Source: Sedimentisphaerales bacterium (lineage in GTDB: Bacteria > Planctomycetota > Phycisphaerae > Sedimentisphaerales > SM23-30). From it: a stretch of DNA of 64,000 bases. A program made the position numbers and the translations under genes. Location: contig CAXXFK010000025.1 in assembly GCA_963663965.2 (NCBI GenBank), positions 198,664 through 262,663 on the forward strand, read 5' to 3'. Shown here piece after piece: positions 41,458 to 51,554 of the stretch. Each line of letters opens with the position of its first letter. Position 1 is the stretch's first letter. Under the pieces are notes generated by a model. It ran no database searches. It worked only from the letters and a program-made list of their open reading frames with translations, and was not told the origin of the DNA.

Positions 41458-42098
41458 AATCCCCGCAAGACCGGTTAATAAAATTCTGGATTGTCCAGTC
41501 GCTGACTTTCAGCCGTCTGGTATTCATTCTGATTTACGCGCTGATCGCGCTGCTGGCGCCCAAAGGGGGCATGTGGTTTGGTTTGGCGTTATTCCTGATC
41601 ATTGCCTCGGCGCTGACAGACTTGGTGGATGGGCCCTTGGCCCGACGCTGGAAGGTATCCAGTCGATTTGGCGCATATGCCGATCCGTTTCTTGATAAGG
41701 TCTTTTATCTGGTTACGCTGCCTGTTTTGATTTATTTGTCCGGATTACAAGAGTGCCATACCCATACCCGGTTATTGGTGGCGTTTGCGATTCTGTTCCT
41801 GTTACGGGATATGTATATTTCCTTTCTGCGTTCCATCGGGGCGCTGTATCAGGCGGATGCCCGCGCCAACTGGTCCGGCAAGGCCCGAACGCTGATCTCT
41901 TTTCCAGTGATTGTTTGCGTGTTTTATCACTTGGAGGCGCCGGCCAACTGGAGTCTGCAACTGTCGTTGACATTCATTTATGTTCTTGAAATCCTGGGGA
42001 TTATCATTAATCTGATTTCGATTCAGGTTTACACTTCGTATTACTGGCCCTGGCTGAAAAAAGAGCTGGATTTCCATATCGACGAAAAAAATGACTGA
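41448..42098 (+). CDS. CDP-alcohol phosphatidyltransferase (PgsA-like)
   Basis: DLVDGPLARR...GAYADPFLDK signature. Confidence 0.88.
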   Translation: MAVKSPQDRLIKFWIVQSLTFSRLVFILIYALIALLAPKGGMWFGLALFLIIASALTDLVDGPLARRWKVSSRFGAYADPFLDKVFYLVTLPVLIYLSGLQECHTHTRLLVAFAILFLLRDMYISFLRSIGALYQADARANWSGKARTLISFPVIVCVFYHLEAPANWSLQLSLTFIYVLEILGIIINLISIQVYTSYYWPWLKKELDFHIDEKND

Positions 42099-42750
42099 CC
42101 GTTCCGCATTTATCGATATTACTAATCTAAACGTCTCTTACGAGGGGCAACCACTCTATTCCAGTCTTAACCTGAAACTGGCTAAAGGGGAAAAAGTGGC
42201 GCTGACCGGGCGGTCAGGCAGCGGAAAATCCTCGTTGTTGCATTGCATTTTAGGATTGTATGCCCCCGACAGCGGACTAGTCCGGGTTGGAGATATTGAA
42301 TTGAACAGCCAAACCGCCTGGAGCGCAAGGCGTCAAATCGCGTTTGTCGCCCAGGAACCCCGTCCCGGTTTTGGTCAGGTCAAAGAAATCATGCAACAAC
42401 CGTTTGAATTGAAAGCCAACCGGCATCTTTCCGATCGGACACCGTTACGCGAACATTTGCTCAAGCGTTTCGAACTGCCGCTGGATATCCTGGAAAAACA
42501 GATAGATGATCTATCCGGAGGCGAAAAGCAGCGGCTTTGTCTTATCCTGGCTGCGCTATTGGAGCGTCCGGTCTGGCTGATGGATGAGCCAACTTCCGCG
42601 CTGGATAAGCATATTAAAAGGATCCTGTGTGACTATATCCGGTCACAAGCAGATTTAACCGTTCTGATGGTCACGCATGATCCGGAATTGCTGCCGGCGG
42701 CGAGTCGGGTGGTCGATCTGGCTGATTTACAGACAGGAGGCGCCGCATGA
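42091..42750 (+). CDS. ABC transporter ATPase (FetA/YbbL-like)
   Basis: GRSGSGKS, LSGGEKQR, DEPTSALD, VTHD. Confidence 0.9.
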   Translation: MTDRSAFIDITNLNVSYEGQPLYSSLNLKLAKGEKVALTGRSGSGKSSLLHCILGLYAPDSGLVRVGDIELNSQTAWSARRQIAFVAQEPRPGFGQVKEIMQQPFELKANRHLSDRTPLREHLLKRFELPLDILEKQIDDLSGGEKQRLCLILAALLERPVWLMDEPTSALDKHIKRILCDYIRSQADLTVLMVTHDPELLPAASRVVDLADLQTGGAA

Positions 42751-43562
42751 TCGAGATCCAGCTATTTGATCTGGCGTTGGGGTATTTGCTGTTACTTATT
42801 CCGTTATCGATCGTGCTGGTCTATTGCCGACAGCTTTTTGGTAATATCCTGCTGGCGGCTTTGCGGATGACAGTACAACTGTTGTTTGTGGGATTTTATC
42901 TTCAAGTGGTTTTCAAATATAACAGCGCCTGGCTTAACAGTTTGTGGCTGCTGATCATGTTAGTGGTGGCGGATCTTTCGATTGTACGCGGGGTGAATCT
43001 GAGCGCCAAACGGTTTTTGCCGGCGCTTTTTCCGGCATTGCTGATCGGAACCATCGTCCCAATGCTGTTTCTGACCGCTCTGGTTCTGCGTCGGGATAAC
43101 TGGCTGGACGCCCAATATGCCATTCCGATCGGCGGAATGATTCTGGGGAACTGCCTGCGGGCCGATATCATCGGGATCAAGACCTTTTATGAGGGCATCC
43201 GAAAGAACGAAAAATCCTGGGTTAACTCGCTCGCTTATGGCGCCACCCTGAACGAGGCGGCCCGGCCTTATATGAAAGACGCGCTGGAAGCCTCATTGCT
43301 GCCGAATATCGCGACGATGGCGACGATCGGGCTGGTGTCTTTACCCGGAATGATGACCGGTATTATCATGGGCAATCCAAATCCGGCCGGGGCGATCCGG
43401 TATCAGATTATGATTATGCTGGCCATTTTTTCAGGGACTGCCGCGACCGTATTCATTGCGATTCGACTGACGATGAGGACCAGTTTTACGCCTTATGGGG
43501 TGCTGGATCGAACGATCTTCAAAGGGGATAACAAACCGGCACCCAAAAAAGCCAGATCCTGA
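42747..43562 (+). CDS. ABC permease (FetB/YbbM, UPF0014)
   Basis: RMTVQL, IPIGGMILGN, GLVSLPGMMTG, YQIMIM. Confidence 0.88.
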   Translation: MIEIQLFDLALGYLLLLIPLSIVLVYCRQLFGNILLAALRMTVQLLFVGFYLQVVFKYNSAWLNSLWLLIMLVVADLSIVRGVNLSAKRFLPALFPALLIGTIVPMLFLTALVLRRDNWLDAQYAIPIGGMILGNCLRADIIGIKTFYEGIRKNEKSWVNSLAYGATLNEAARPYMKDALEASLLPNIATMATIGLVSLPGMMTGIIMGNPNPAGAIRYQIMIMLAIFSGTAATVFIAIRLTMRTSFTPYGVLDRTIFKGDNKPAPKKARS

Positions 43563-43716
43563 ACTCTCAGGATAGGGCGCAAAGAGGCAGGGAAACACGG
43601 GTCTATTTCATGGAATTTGGCTGACTTGTGCGAGAGTTTAGAGGTTCCCTGCGCAAAAAAACAGCCCCGCGTCGCCTCACGCCGCGGAGCTTGGCATGTT
43701 AAGGTGATTTTCTTTC

Positions 43717-44541
43717 TTAGTGGTTTTGGACAACATCTGCTTGGATCACAAACAGGCTGCTGTCCAGATGACCATCTATATCAAGCACCTTAGCCAGGGC
43801 GATAGGGTTTTCTGTCATATCGGAGCGATACATGGCGACGCTGTAGATCACCGGCAGGCTCCGATCGATAATGTATTGGTAGCGGTAGTGGCCAGTGTCA
43901 GAAGAGACTTCCAGACACTGCTGGCCTTCAAACAGAATCTCGTGAGACGAGACCTGATTGGCTTGTTCTGTCATACCGGGCATGGCGTTGTAGCGACGAT
44001 CCTGACCGCCAATTTCACCCAGAACACTGAGGATAAAGGAATGCGGACCGGGGCCGTCGTAATCCAGCACCCGTAATTTGCTGTTGGGTGATTTGATATA
44101 GGTAAGGTTACCGTCATAGGTATAAATCAGCCCATTACTGTATTCCATACGATAGCAGCCATCACTTTGCCACCAGACTTCAACGCTGGCGTTATGGCTG
44201 GCATTCTGACCGGGGGTCAAAAACGTAAAATGGATACTGTTAATGTTTTTGATAACCTGCATGGGGTCGGCCCATACCTGATTGGTACCGCTGCCGTCCG
44301 GGCCGGCCAGATTCAGGAAGGCCACCGTTAACAACAGGCCAAAAATAACGGCTGCCGCCAAACCGCGCCGCATGGCGTAGTTCAGGTGAATACGACCAGT
44401 CCACGGAATCTTTCGCGGCGATACATGGAAATTGACTTCCGGCAGCCGCGCCATTAACTCAGCTTTCAGCCGGTCATGATCCCGGCTGAAAAGCTGATAA
44501 TGGTTGACTAGATTGTGTTCGGAATTAATCATCGTTTTCAC
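43717..44541 (-). CDS. Putative anti-sigma factor (single TM + LolA-like extracytoplasmic domain)
   Basis: Immediately downstream of the ECF sigma gene; short cytoplasmic N-terminus, TM, beta-rich C-terminus. Confidence 0.6.
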   Translation of the reverse strand: MKTMINSEHNLVNHYQLFSRDHDRLKAELMARLPEVNFHVSPRKIPWTGRIHLNYAMRRGLAAAVIFGLLLTVAFLNLAGPDGSGTNQVWADPMQVIKNINSIHFTFLTPGQNASHNASVEVWWQSDGCYRMEYSNGLIYTYDGNLTYIKSPNSKLRVLDYDGPGPHSFILSVLGEIGGQDRRYNAMPGMTEQANQVSSHEILFEGQQCLEVSSDTGHYRYQYIIDRSLPVIYSVAMYRSDMTENPIALAKVLDIDGHLDSSLFVIQADVVQNH

Positions 44542-44565
44542 TTTTTGCGGAGGTTCGATTATGAA

Positions 44566-45084
44566 CTATTTGAGGTATTGTTCGAGTTTTTTGCGCGCTT
44601 TTTCCAGCAGGCGGTAAAAGCCGCTGCGTGAGGTATCCAGAATTTTCATGGCTTCTTCAATATCCAGTTCCTGCATATAATGCACATGAATGGCCAGCCT
44701 TTCCCGTTCGGAAAGATTTTGCATGGCTTCGTTCAGTTCGCCGCTGAGTCCCGGGTCTTCTGAGGTATTCGTTTCAATTTCGGGCGTTTCAAGGCCGACA
44801 AGCACATGCCGGTCGCGGAATTTGCTCCGGCGGTATTCCCGGCAGACATTGCGGGCAATACTGATGAGCCAGGGAGCAAAGACATCTGGATTGGTCAGTC
44901 GATCCAGCTTCTGGTAGGCTCTCAGAAAGGCTTCCTGGGCAATATCCTGGGCTTGGGTTACATCTCCGGTGGTGTCATAGCAGATCGAGCGTACCAATCG
45001 GGCGTACTTGTCATAAAGGCGTTCAAAAGAACCGCGATCACCGGCAAGTACGGCTTTGACCAGTTCACCATCGGCCTGACTCAA
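44566..45084 (-). CDS. ECF RNA polymerase sigma factor
   Basis: DGELV...AQDIAQEAFLRAY...FAPWLISIARN; region 4 HTH. Confidence 0.92.
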   Translation of the reverse strand: MSQADGELVKAVLAGDRGSFERLYDKYARLVRSICYDTTGDVTQAQDIAQEAFLRAYQKLDRLTNPDVFAPWLISIARNVCREYRRSKFRDRHVLVGLETPEIETNTSEDPGLSGELNEAMQNLSERERLAIHVHYMQELDIEEAMKILDTSRSGFYRLLEKARKKLEQYLK

Positions 45085-45896
45085 GCGGACTCCTTACTGC
45101 TGGATGGTAATGACTGAATAAGCGCGATACATTTTTCAAAGAGCACATTCACTATACCTATGGCCGAAAACCCGGTTTGCGTCTCAATATTTTTGGTTTT
45201 TTTTGTTATGATTTTGTAATGCATTGAAAATAAATTAGTTATATGCTGGTTGACTGTGCGTCAGGAACATCCATTCGGTACATGGACTGCCGCAATGAAC
45301 AAGTACTTATTATCATCGGCAGAAAGCGATTTGGAAACCTATAGTTCCGCAATTAATCATGATAGCAGACACGGTCTTCGATCTAAGTGGTTTTATGTTA
45401 TATTATTATAATAAATTACATCAATTATCGGATCAGATAAAACTTTTGTAAAAGGATAAGAAACAGGGGGTATTGGGTTTATTTTGCCATGCAGGGCTAG
45501 AACAGTATATATTGTTTAGTATAAGTAAAATAAATGAAAAATGTTTAGCAAATCAGGCTTGTTGCCGTGCTTTCACGGCAGACCAGGCAATCATATATGC
45601 CTAAGCGGGTAAAACAGGATTAATAATTGGCAAAAAAGCCGCCAAAGGGTTGATTGATCAGATCAAGATTCCACCCCCAATAAGAAGACTGTGTTTATGA
45701 TTATTGTATTTGGCCATGAAGATTATGAATCAGAAAAAGTTTAAAATTATCATATTTATTATGGAAATAATCAAATAGTAAGTTAAACTAGTTTTATTGT
45801 CCAGTTAGGTTACTAGCCGGGATTGTATCGGACGAAATATAAAAACGGTAATATTAAGGAGACCGCCTGGGGGCGGGGTGTGTTGTTACAGGAGTT

Positions 45897-47705
45897 GTGG
45901 AAATGCAGGTTGGATTTACGAAGAACCGTATGGTTATGGTTGTGGTTATTTTTATGGGATTGAACGGGATTTGTTGGGGAAGGTATTCAGGAGGAACTGG
46001 AATCCCGGATGATCCGTATCGAATAGGAACCGTGTCGGATTGGAAGGATTTAACGGAAAGTCCGGGTGATTGGGACAAACAGTTCGTTTTGATCTCGAAT
46101 ATTGATTTTGGGGGGGCAGATATCACTCCGGTAGCGCCGGGTGTGGATCCGTTATCCAGCGGTTCTCCGGTGGTAAAGTTCGCTGGAACTTTGGATGGTC
46201 AGGGTTATGTGATTTGTCATTTTGTTATCGACAGGATCAATCATGATGCTATCGGCTTATTTGGCGTAATTGGCCATGACGGCCAGGTAATAAACCTGGG
46301 TTTAGAAGGTGGTATCGTTGCTGGCCGGTCTTGTACGGGAGGGCTTTGTGGAAAAAATTCAGGTCTGATCAGGCAATGTTATGTTAAGGGAGAATTGGCA
46401 GGTCGCGGTTCTGGAGTAGGTGGATTATGTGGGAAGAATACCGGTTCGATCAGCCAGTGTTACGCCAGGGGGGGAGTAACAAGTGATGGCTTTGAGGTTG
46501 GCGGATTGTGTGGGTTCAATGCTGGAACAATCAGTCAATGTTATTCAACGGTTTCGGTGACGGGCAAGGGATCCTCTGTTGGCGGTTTGTGTGGTCGAAC
46601 CTGTTCTCTGGTCCAGGTGGTTACAATGAAAGATAGTTTCTGGGATACCCAGGCCAGTGGACAGACAAGGAGCGCGGGAGGGATTGGCTTGGGCACAGAC
46701 CAGTTGCAATCCATGGCCTGTTACAGCGCGAATGGATGGGCAGGAAAAAGCTGGACATTGCCGTTAAATAGCTACCCCTGTTTGGCGTGGGAACTGGCAG
46801 GGGGGCAGAAGATTACCGAACCGGTTATAACGATGTCAGGCAGCGGTACGAAGGCCGATCCCTGGCAAATTGCCCGTTTGGATGATTTAGTACAAATTAC
46901 CCCGGGTAGCTTTTTTGGGGATAAACATTTTCAGCTGAATAAAAAGCTGGATTTAAGTCAGGTTTGTTGGACTCGCGTCGGGTATGGTGAATATCGGTCC
47001 TCTGGGCGCGGTAAGGATAAACATTGTCATACTGATGCGAATCTGATCCTGTTTTTTCAAGAAAATCAGGAGAATGGAATTTTGGGCTATATGGGCGCCT
47101 ATGGCCAGATAAAGCGTCTGGGTGCGGTGACGGTATCCATTCTGGAAAATACGGAGATGGGCGATCCGGATGGAAAGAAACGAGGTAACGCTCATCAGAG
47201 TTGTGTGATTGAAAGGATGGCAGGAAACGGTTACGCCGGCGGTCTCCATAAGGATAAATCACGGATTAAAAGTCAGTGTTATCCCATAACCGAAATGAAG
47301 AATAATATACCCGTAAAGGGCATGTATGGAGAGAATCAGCACATCATCCGTGTGAGAACTGGCAGGAGAACAGGGACAGAAAAAAGTAGCGGTGGCGGTG
47401 ATTGGGTTATATATCCTGAAGAGAATGGATTCGTTAACTGCCGGGATGTTGTAATCGATAAATGGTCGATTGGGCCGGATGGAATGGGCCTGGTTATGAC
47501 TGAGAGGCATGATAAGGCTGTTTTTAATGGTAAAGGTTGGAATTTTTCGGAGGATTGGCAAATTTCTAGCAGGACTATAAAAGTGGCTCAACCCGTGTTA
47601 CAGAAGAATTGCCCTGTTGATGCGGCCAGTAAGTATAAAATGAATCAAGCGAAAGGTTCGGCTTTTGCCGTCAGCCATGTTTATCTCTCCAACTCGGTTT
47701 TCTGA
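45897..47705 (+). CDS. GLUG-motif secreted protein with a degenerate second half
   Basis: YSGGTG..DPYRI, FAGTLDGQG, repeated VGGLCGxNxGxIxQCY; second GSGTKADPWQI module decays. Confidence 0.75.
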   Translation: MEMQVGFTKNRMVMVVVIFMGLNGICWGRYSGGTGIPDDPYRIGTVSDWKDLTESPGDWDKQFVLISNIDFGGADITPVAPGVDPLSSGSPVVKFAGTLDGQGYVICHFVIDRINHDAIGLFGVIGHDGQVINLGLEGGIVAGRSCTGGLCGKNSGLIRQCYVKGELAGRGSGVGGLCGKNTGSISQCYARGGVTSDGFEVGGLCGFNAGTISQCYSTVSVTGKGSSVGGLCGRTCSLVQVVTMKDSFWDTQASGQTRSAGGIGLGTDQLQSMACYSANGWAGKSWTLPLNSYPCLAWELAGGQKITEPVITMSGSGTKADPWQIARLDDLVQITPGSFFGDKHFQLNKKLDLSQVCWTRVGYGEYRSSGRGKDKHCHTDANLILFFQENQENGILGYMGAYGQIKRLGAVTVSILENTEMGDPDGKKRGNAHQSCVIERMAGNGYAGGLHKDKSRIKSQCYPITEMKNNIPVKGMYGENQHIIRVRTGRRTGTEKSSGGGDWVIYPEENGFVNCRDVVIDKWSIGPDGMGLVMTERHDKAVFNGKGWNFSEDWQISSRTIKVAQPVLQKNCPVDAASKYKMNQAKGSAFAVSHVYLSNSVF

Positions 47706-48080
47706 TGGAAAATAAAAAATTAATCAGCAACCCCGCTCCAACATCTTATGGACCGCTATTGCATAGCCAATAATTTTTCTGGCCAATTCAGTTATTTCAG
47801 GTTCTGGCTTCATATTGAAATCCTTAAAATCTTTTCACCGTGGAGTGACATTCGTGGAAAAAAAAGATTTTTGGATTTTCCGCCTTCCCGGCTGTTCCTC
47901 CACTTGCTTCACTGCCTCCACCCGCTTCAATAAAGTCGTTATGCCCTCTGTAAGCGCTTATCGAACCGGGTGAATAGTAGGAATGATACCCAATATTAGA
48001 CCAGAATAATCCGCCGAGGCCAACCGGTCGATCTCTTATAACGACCGCCCGGTATGGCCTCCATCGGATTTAATCAATCA

Positions 48081-48845
48081 TTACAGGCATCGCCGCTTAC
48101 GCAGCCAGCCCATCAATCCCACACCCATGCTGCCTAGCAGCATAGCGCCTGGAGCAGGAATAACTGCCACCCGAAGACCAGAACCCTTATGGACACCTGC
48201 CACCGCTTGCCCCATCGGACCGGCTAACAAATTAGCCTCAAAGGAGGGGGCCAGTCCGTTTTTCAGGCTGAAGTTTTCAATGACCACACTCATTGCTACC
48301 ATATTGGGTAAACTGGGATCCATGGCGATATCTAACCACACACCGGAACCAACTTCTGTATTACCCCATGCTGCCAATTCGTTAAAAGTGGCGGTAAGAT
48401 AAGCCTCAGGAAAATCTTCAGCAGTCAATCGGTAGTTATCGATAAAATCTCCATCACCGGGGTTGTAAACCCCATCCAGGTTAACATCAAATATCACATC
48501 TCTGGTCCTGATTTCCAATGCAAACAGAGCGTCAGGATTGGCTGCCAGCATACCCAGAACATTTTCCGGATCGCTATATTCAAACACGGCATATAAAGCC
48601 AGATTACCAGAAATTCCCGCAGGATCGCCATCCCCGCCCTGAATCTGGAAACTAGTGTAGTTATTCACGGATACAGCGTTGTAATACGCCGTTCCGGAAT
48701 GCACAACATTATTACCTGAAGCATCGTAACTGACTGCACCCCCCACCAAAGTGAGGAAGTCCGCCTGCTGCCAGGTGAGAGCGGCCTGTGAAACTCCGCA
48801 TAATGACCAAATTAACAATAACCCAAACCATTTGTTCTTATACAT
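48081..48845 (-). CDS. PEP-CTERM-like (IPAPGA) sorting-domain protein
   Basis: Signal peptide; VIPAPGAMLLGSMGVGLMGWLRKRR. Confidence 0.88.
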   Translation of the reverse strand: MYKNKWFGLLLIWSLCGVSQAALTWQQADFLTLVGGAVSYDASGNNVVHSGTAYYNAVSVNNYTSFQIQGGDGDPAGISGNLALYAVFEYSDPENVLGMLAANPDALFALEIRTRDVIFDVNLDGVYNPGDGDFIDNYRLTAEDFPEAYLTATFNELAAWGNTEVGSGVWLDIAMDPSLPNMVAMSVVIENFSLKNGLAPSFEANLLAGPMGQAVAGVHKGSGLRVAVIPAPGAMLLGSMGVGLMGWLRKRRCL

Positions 48846-48937
48846 TTTTTTCTCCTTAATAGAACGAAGTCAGTTATATAACTTTCCAGCGACACAGCTG
48901 CAATATTTTTTTAACAAAGCCCGGAACTCTTGAATGT

Positions 48938-49043
48938 TATACCGTTAACTATCGAAAATACCCACTGGGCCATAAAATAAGTTTTTACGAGTAAAAAACA
49001 TGGCTTCCGAGCAATCAAATATTTTAATAACCAAACAGGTATA
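48938..49043. mobile_element. Diverged ERIC-like MITE copy (106 bp)
   Basis: TATAC...GGTATA termini; shares gaaaataccc-ctgggcc, ataagtt, cgagtaaaaa, ctt-cgagc-atc with 35063-35167. Confidence 0.65.
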
Positions 49044-49360
49044 AATAAAGATAAATACCGCTCGCAATCAACCAATTGCATTATATATCTCTTATCATAA
49101 CAATTTCAATCAACCAATTCAAGCGTGGTAAATACGGGTTTTCTCATTTTTTTTTAAATTTACACCTGATTTTTCCGTATGTTGATAGCAGCGACAAAAG
49201 TATTTCAAGGCAAAAATATCCATAAAATACTGAAAAATAATGCACTTATATTGATTTTGATATTGGCTTATCGATTTGGATGATTATGGTATAAGCTCTT
49301 ACATTTCAAGAGCTTGGAGTAAATATGCGTAAAATAATCGATCCTCAACATAAATTTATG

Positions 49361-49698
49361 AAACACAGTGTGTATTATTTTGTTGACAACCCCTAAACTC
49401 AACATAAATCTTTAACTAATAGACCATTAAGAATAAGTCAGCCGAAATTTAACCTGAAACTAATTTGTTATAATAATATAAAACCATAAATATTATGTTA
49501 TTTATAACAAATACATAATATTTAAATTGCCTTTCAAGAAAACACGGGCTATAATCCCAAAGTCGCCCCATTAGTCCCCGAACCCCCGGCGCGCCCCACA
49601 CCCAACCGGCTACGCCCGCAGAGACTTTCTGCGCATGGATTTTGGCACCTTCAAGCGCAGCTTGTGGATGCATTCGTCGCCTGGAGTAACAAGGTGTG
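49361..49698 (+). repeat. Tandem unit 1: RAYT-end motif + sigma70 promoter + structured leader
   Basis: aaacacagtgtgtattattttgttgaca at 49361; TTGCCT-N17-TATAAT at 49527-49555; homologous to 49724-50075. Confidence 0.85.
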
Positions 49699-49723
49699 AA
49701 CTGGAAATTAACCGGTCTTTATT

Positions 49724-50075
49724 AAACACAGTGTTTTTTATTTTGTTGACAAATCCTGAAATCAACATAACTAACTGATAAATTGACCTTTAAGAATAAG
49801 TCGGCCAAATTTTCCACCCGAAACTAATCTATTATAACAGCATAAATATGAATTTTTATGTTATATTTAATGTTACTAAATAATATTTTTGCTTTTATAT
49901 ACAACTCAGTCTATAATACCAAAGTCGCCTGAATAGCTCCCAAACGACCCGCCAACTCCCGGCGTGTCCCGTCCCAACCGGCCCACGCCCGCAGAGACTT
50001 TCTGCGCATAGACTGTGGCACCCTCAAAGCACAGCTTGTGGGTGCATGCCTGGCCCAGTGCAATAGAGTACGAAC
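49724..50075 (+). repeat. Tandem unit 2: RAYT-end motif + sigma70 promoter + structured leader
   Basis: aaacacagtgttttttattttgttgaca at 49724; TTGCTT-N17-TATAAT at 49889-49917; 25-nt identity acgcccgcagagactttctgcgcat with unit 1. Confidence 0.85.
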
Positions 50076-50180
50076 CAGACCCAGACGAGCCCAATTAGAC
50101 ATGGCTTTTATAACAATACGAATGAAATAGGATTCACAAATATGACACAACCTGATAACGCAGACATAAAAGGCCCGAAG

Positions 50181-50695
50181 GTCGAAGATCCGCCTCAGGA
50201 GGAGCCGACCGTTTCTAGCCGGGGTCGTAAGGCCCCGGTCAGCGATAGAAGCTTAATTTTTTTTAACCCACGCCTCGCAGAGGCGTACCGACAGGATTTC
50301 GCACCGAAGGCGAAAGATAAAACCAACCATGAGCGCAGCGAATAACAACAGAAAACAAAACAAAGCCAATGGGTTATAATATTGCCATAACCCTAACAAT
50401 ATATCGAGCTTAACGAAAAATAAAAACTCATCCGCCTCAAGGCGGATACAAATAATATCTCGAAGTGATCAAAAGCGCATAGCCCGCCAATTCATTGGCG
50501 GGAATACCCGAACCAGCGTAGAAAATTTTAAACCCACGCCTCCCAGAGGCGTACCTGAACAAAACGAAACGAAGCCAACATGAAAAAATATCACCCTAAC
50601 CTGAACAAAGAACGAAACTTAACCAAAATAAAACCAACATCCGCCCCAAGGCGGATACCACAATTTTGCATTTTAAATTCTAAATTTTAAATTTC
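50181..50695 (+). repeat. Mosaic of REP-like hairpins in two diverged tandem units
   Basis: aacccacgcctc(g/c)cagaggcgtacc x2; catccgcc(t/c)caaggcggatac x2; tagccggggtcgtaaggccccgg; tagcccgccaattcattggcggg. Confidence 0.8.
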
Positions 50696-50714
50696 TAAAC
50701 AGGAGGTACCAACC

Positions 50715-51554
50715 ATGTCATCTTCACTAAGACGACTCAGAGCCAACCGTCGCAACGCCCAGAAATCCACCGGCCCCAAAACCCCCGAGGGCAAGGCCAT
50801 CTCATCGAAAAACGCCATCAAGCACGGCCTCAGCGGCCAGGATCCCGCCCACCTCATTATCCCCGGCGAGTCTGAACTCACCTACCTCGAATTCCGCGCC
50901 GCACTGCTGCAAGACCTCAAACCAACCACCTATCTCCAGCGCCACATCGCCGACCAGATCGTCTCGGCCGCCTGGCGTTTGGAACGCCTCGGCCGCATCG
51001 AAGCCGAGATGATCGACGCCCGCGTCTATAAACTCCGGCTCACCAACGAAGAAATCCGCAAAGACACCGTCATCGACCAGCCTTTCGCCCACTCCAGTAT
51101 CTACTTACCCCGCCATAACGAAGTCGGCACCGCCTTCACCCTCGAAGTCCCCGCCTTCAACTGCCTGGCCCGCTACGAAGCCCACCTCAACCGAACCTTC
51201 CAGGCCAATCTTAAGCTCCTGCAACAGTTGCAGTTACAACAAAAACCAAACGAACCCAATGCCTACCCCCCGGAGTACCCATTTCCTGAATTACCCCGCG
51301 TCCACATCCCCGACCCGCCAAAAATACCCACGCACCCCAGTGAAGCCAAATTAGCCCCCGAATACATCAAAGACCGACTCCCCGAATTGATGAAAGACCA
51401 CAGCGTAACTGACGACCAGGTCTTCAGTTATGCCTGCAACCGCTACGAAGCCCTCACCGATTTCGCCAACCAGAACGGCGAAGAAGCCCTCCACGCCCTC
51501 GGCATCCCCACCAAACTACCCGCCGACATCCCCATCCAGGAGGATAAGAAATAA
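50715..51554 (+). CDS. Uncharacterised protein with ANRRNAQKSTGP...KNAIKHGL N-terminus
   Basis: Strong RBS aggagg; recognisable multi-copy hypothetical-protein N-terminus; C-rich codons. Confidence 0.8.
   Translation: MSSSLRRLRANRRNAQKSTGPKTPEGKAISSKNAIKHGLSGQDPAHLIIPGESELTYLEFRAALLQDLKPTTYLQRHIADQIVSAAWRLERLGRIEAEMIDARVYKLRLTNEEIRKDTVIDQPFAHSSIYLPRHNEVGTAFTLEVPAFNCLARYEAHLNRTFQANLKLLQQLQLQQKPNEPNAYPPEYPFPELPRVHIPDPPKIPTHPSEAKLAPEYIKDRLPELMKDHSVTDDQVFSYACNRYEALTDFANQNGEEALHALGIPTKLPADIPIQEDKK

Noticed and set aside
45563..45580. GAAA-containing hairpin as a possible c-di-GMP-I riboswitch
   Set aside because: The flanking GGCAAA/GACGCAAAGC and second-stem elements are not present.
45897..47705. 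DGR target hypothesis for the degenerate GLUG module
   Set aside because: No template repeat or reverse transcriptase visible in the window.
49449..50345. Short ORFs in the repeat island (49449, 49906, 49911, 50142)
   Set aside because: No convincing RBS or motifs; their mutual similarity comes from the DNA duplication.
49361..50695. Possible CRISPR or other regular spacer array
   Set aside because: Units are 200-360 bp, diverged and irregular; no constant 23-47-bp repeat with uniform spacers; no cas genes.
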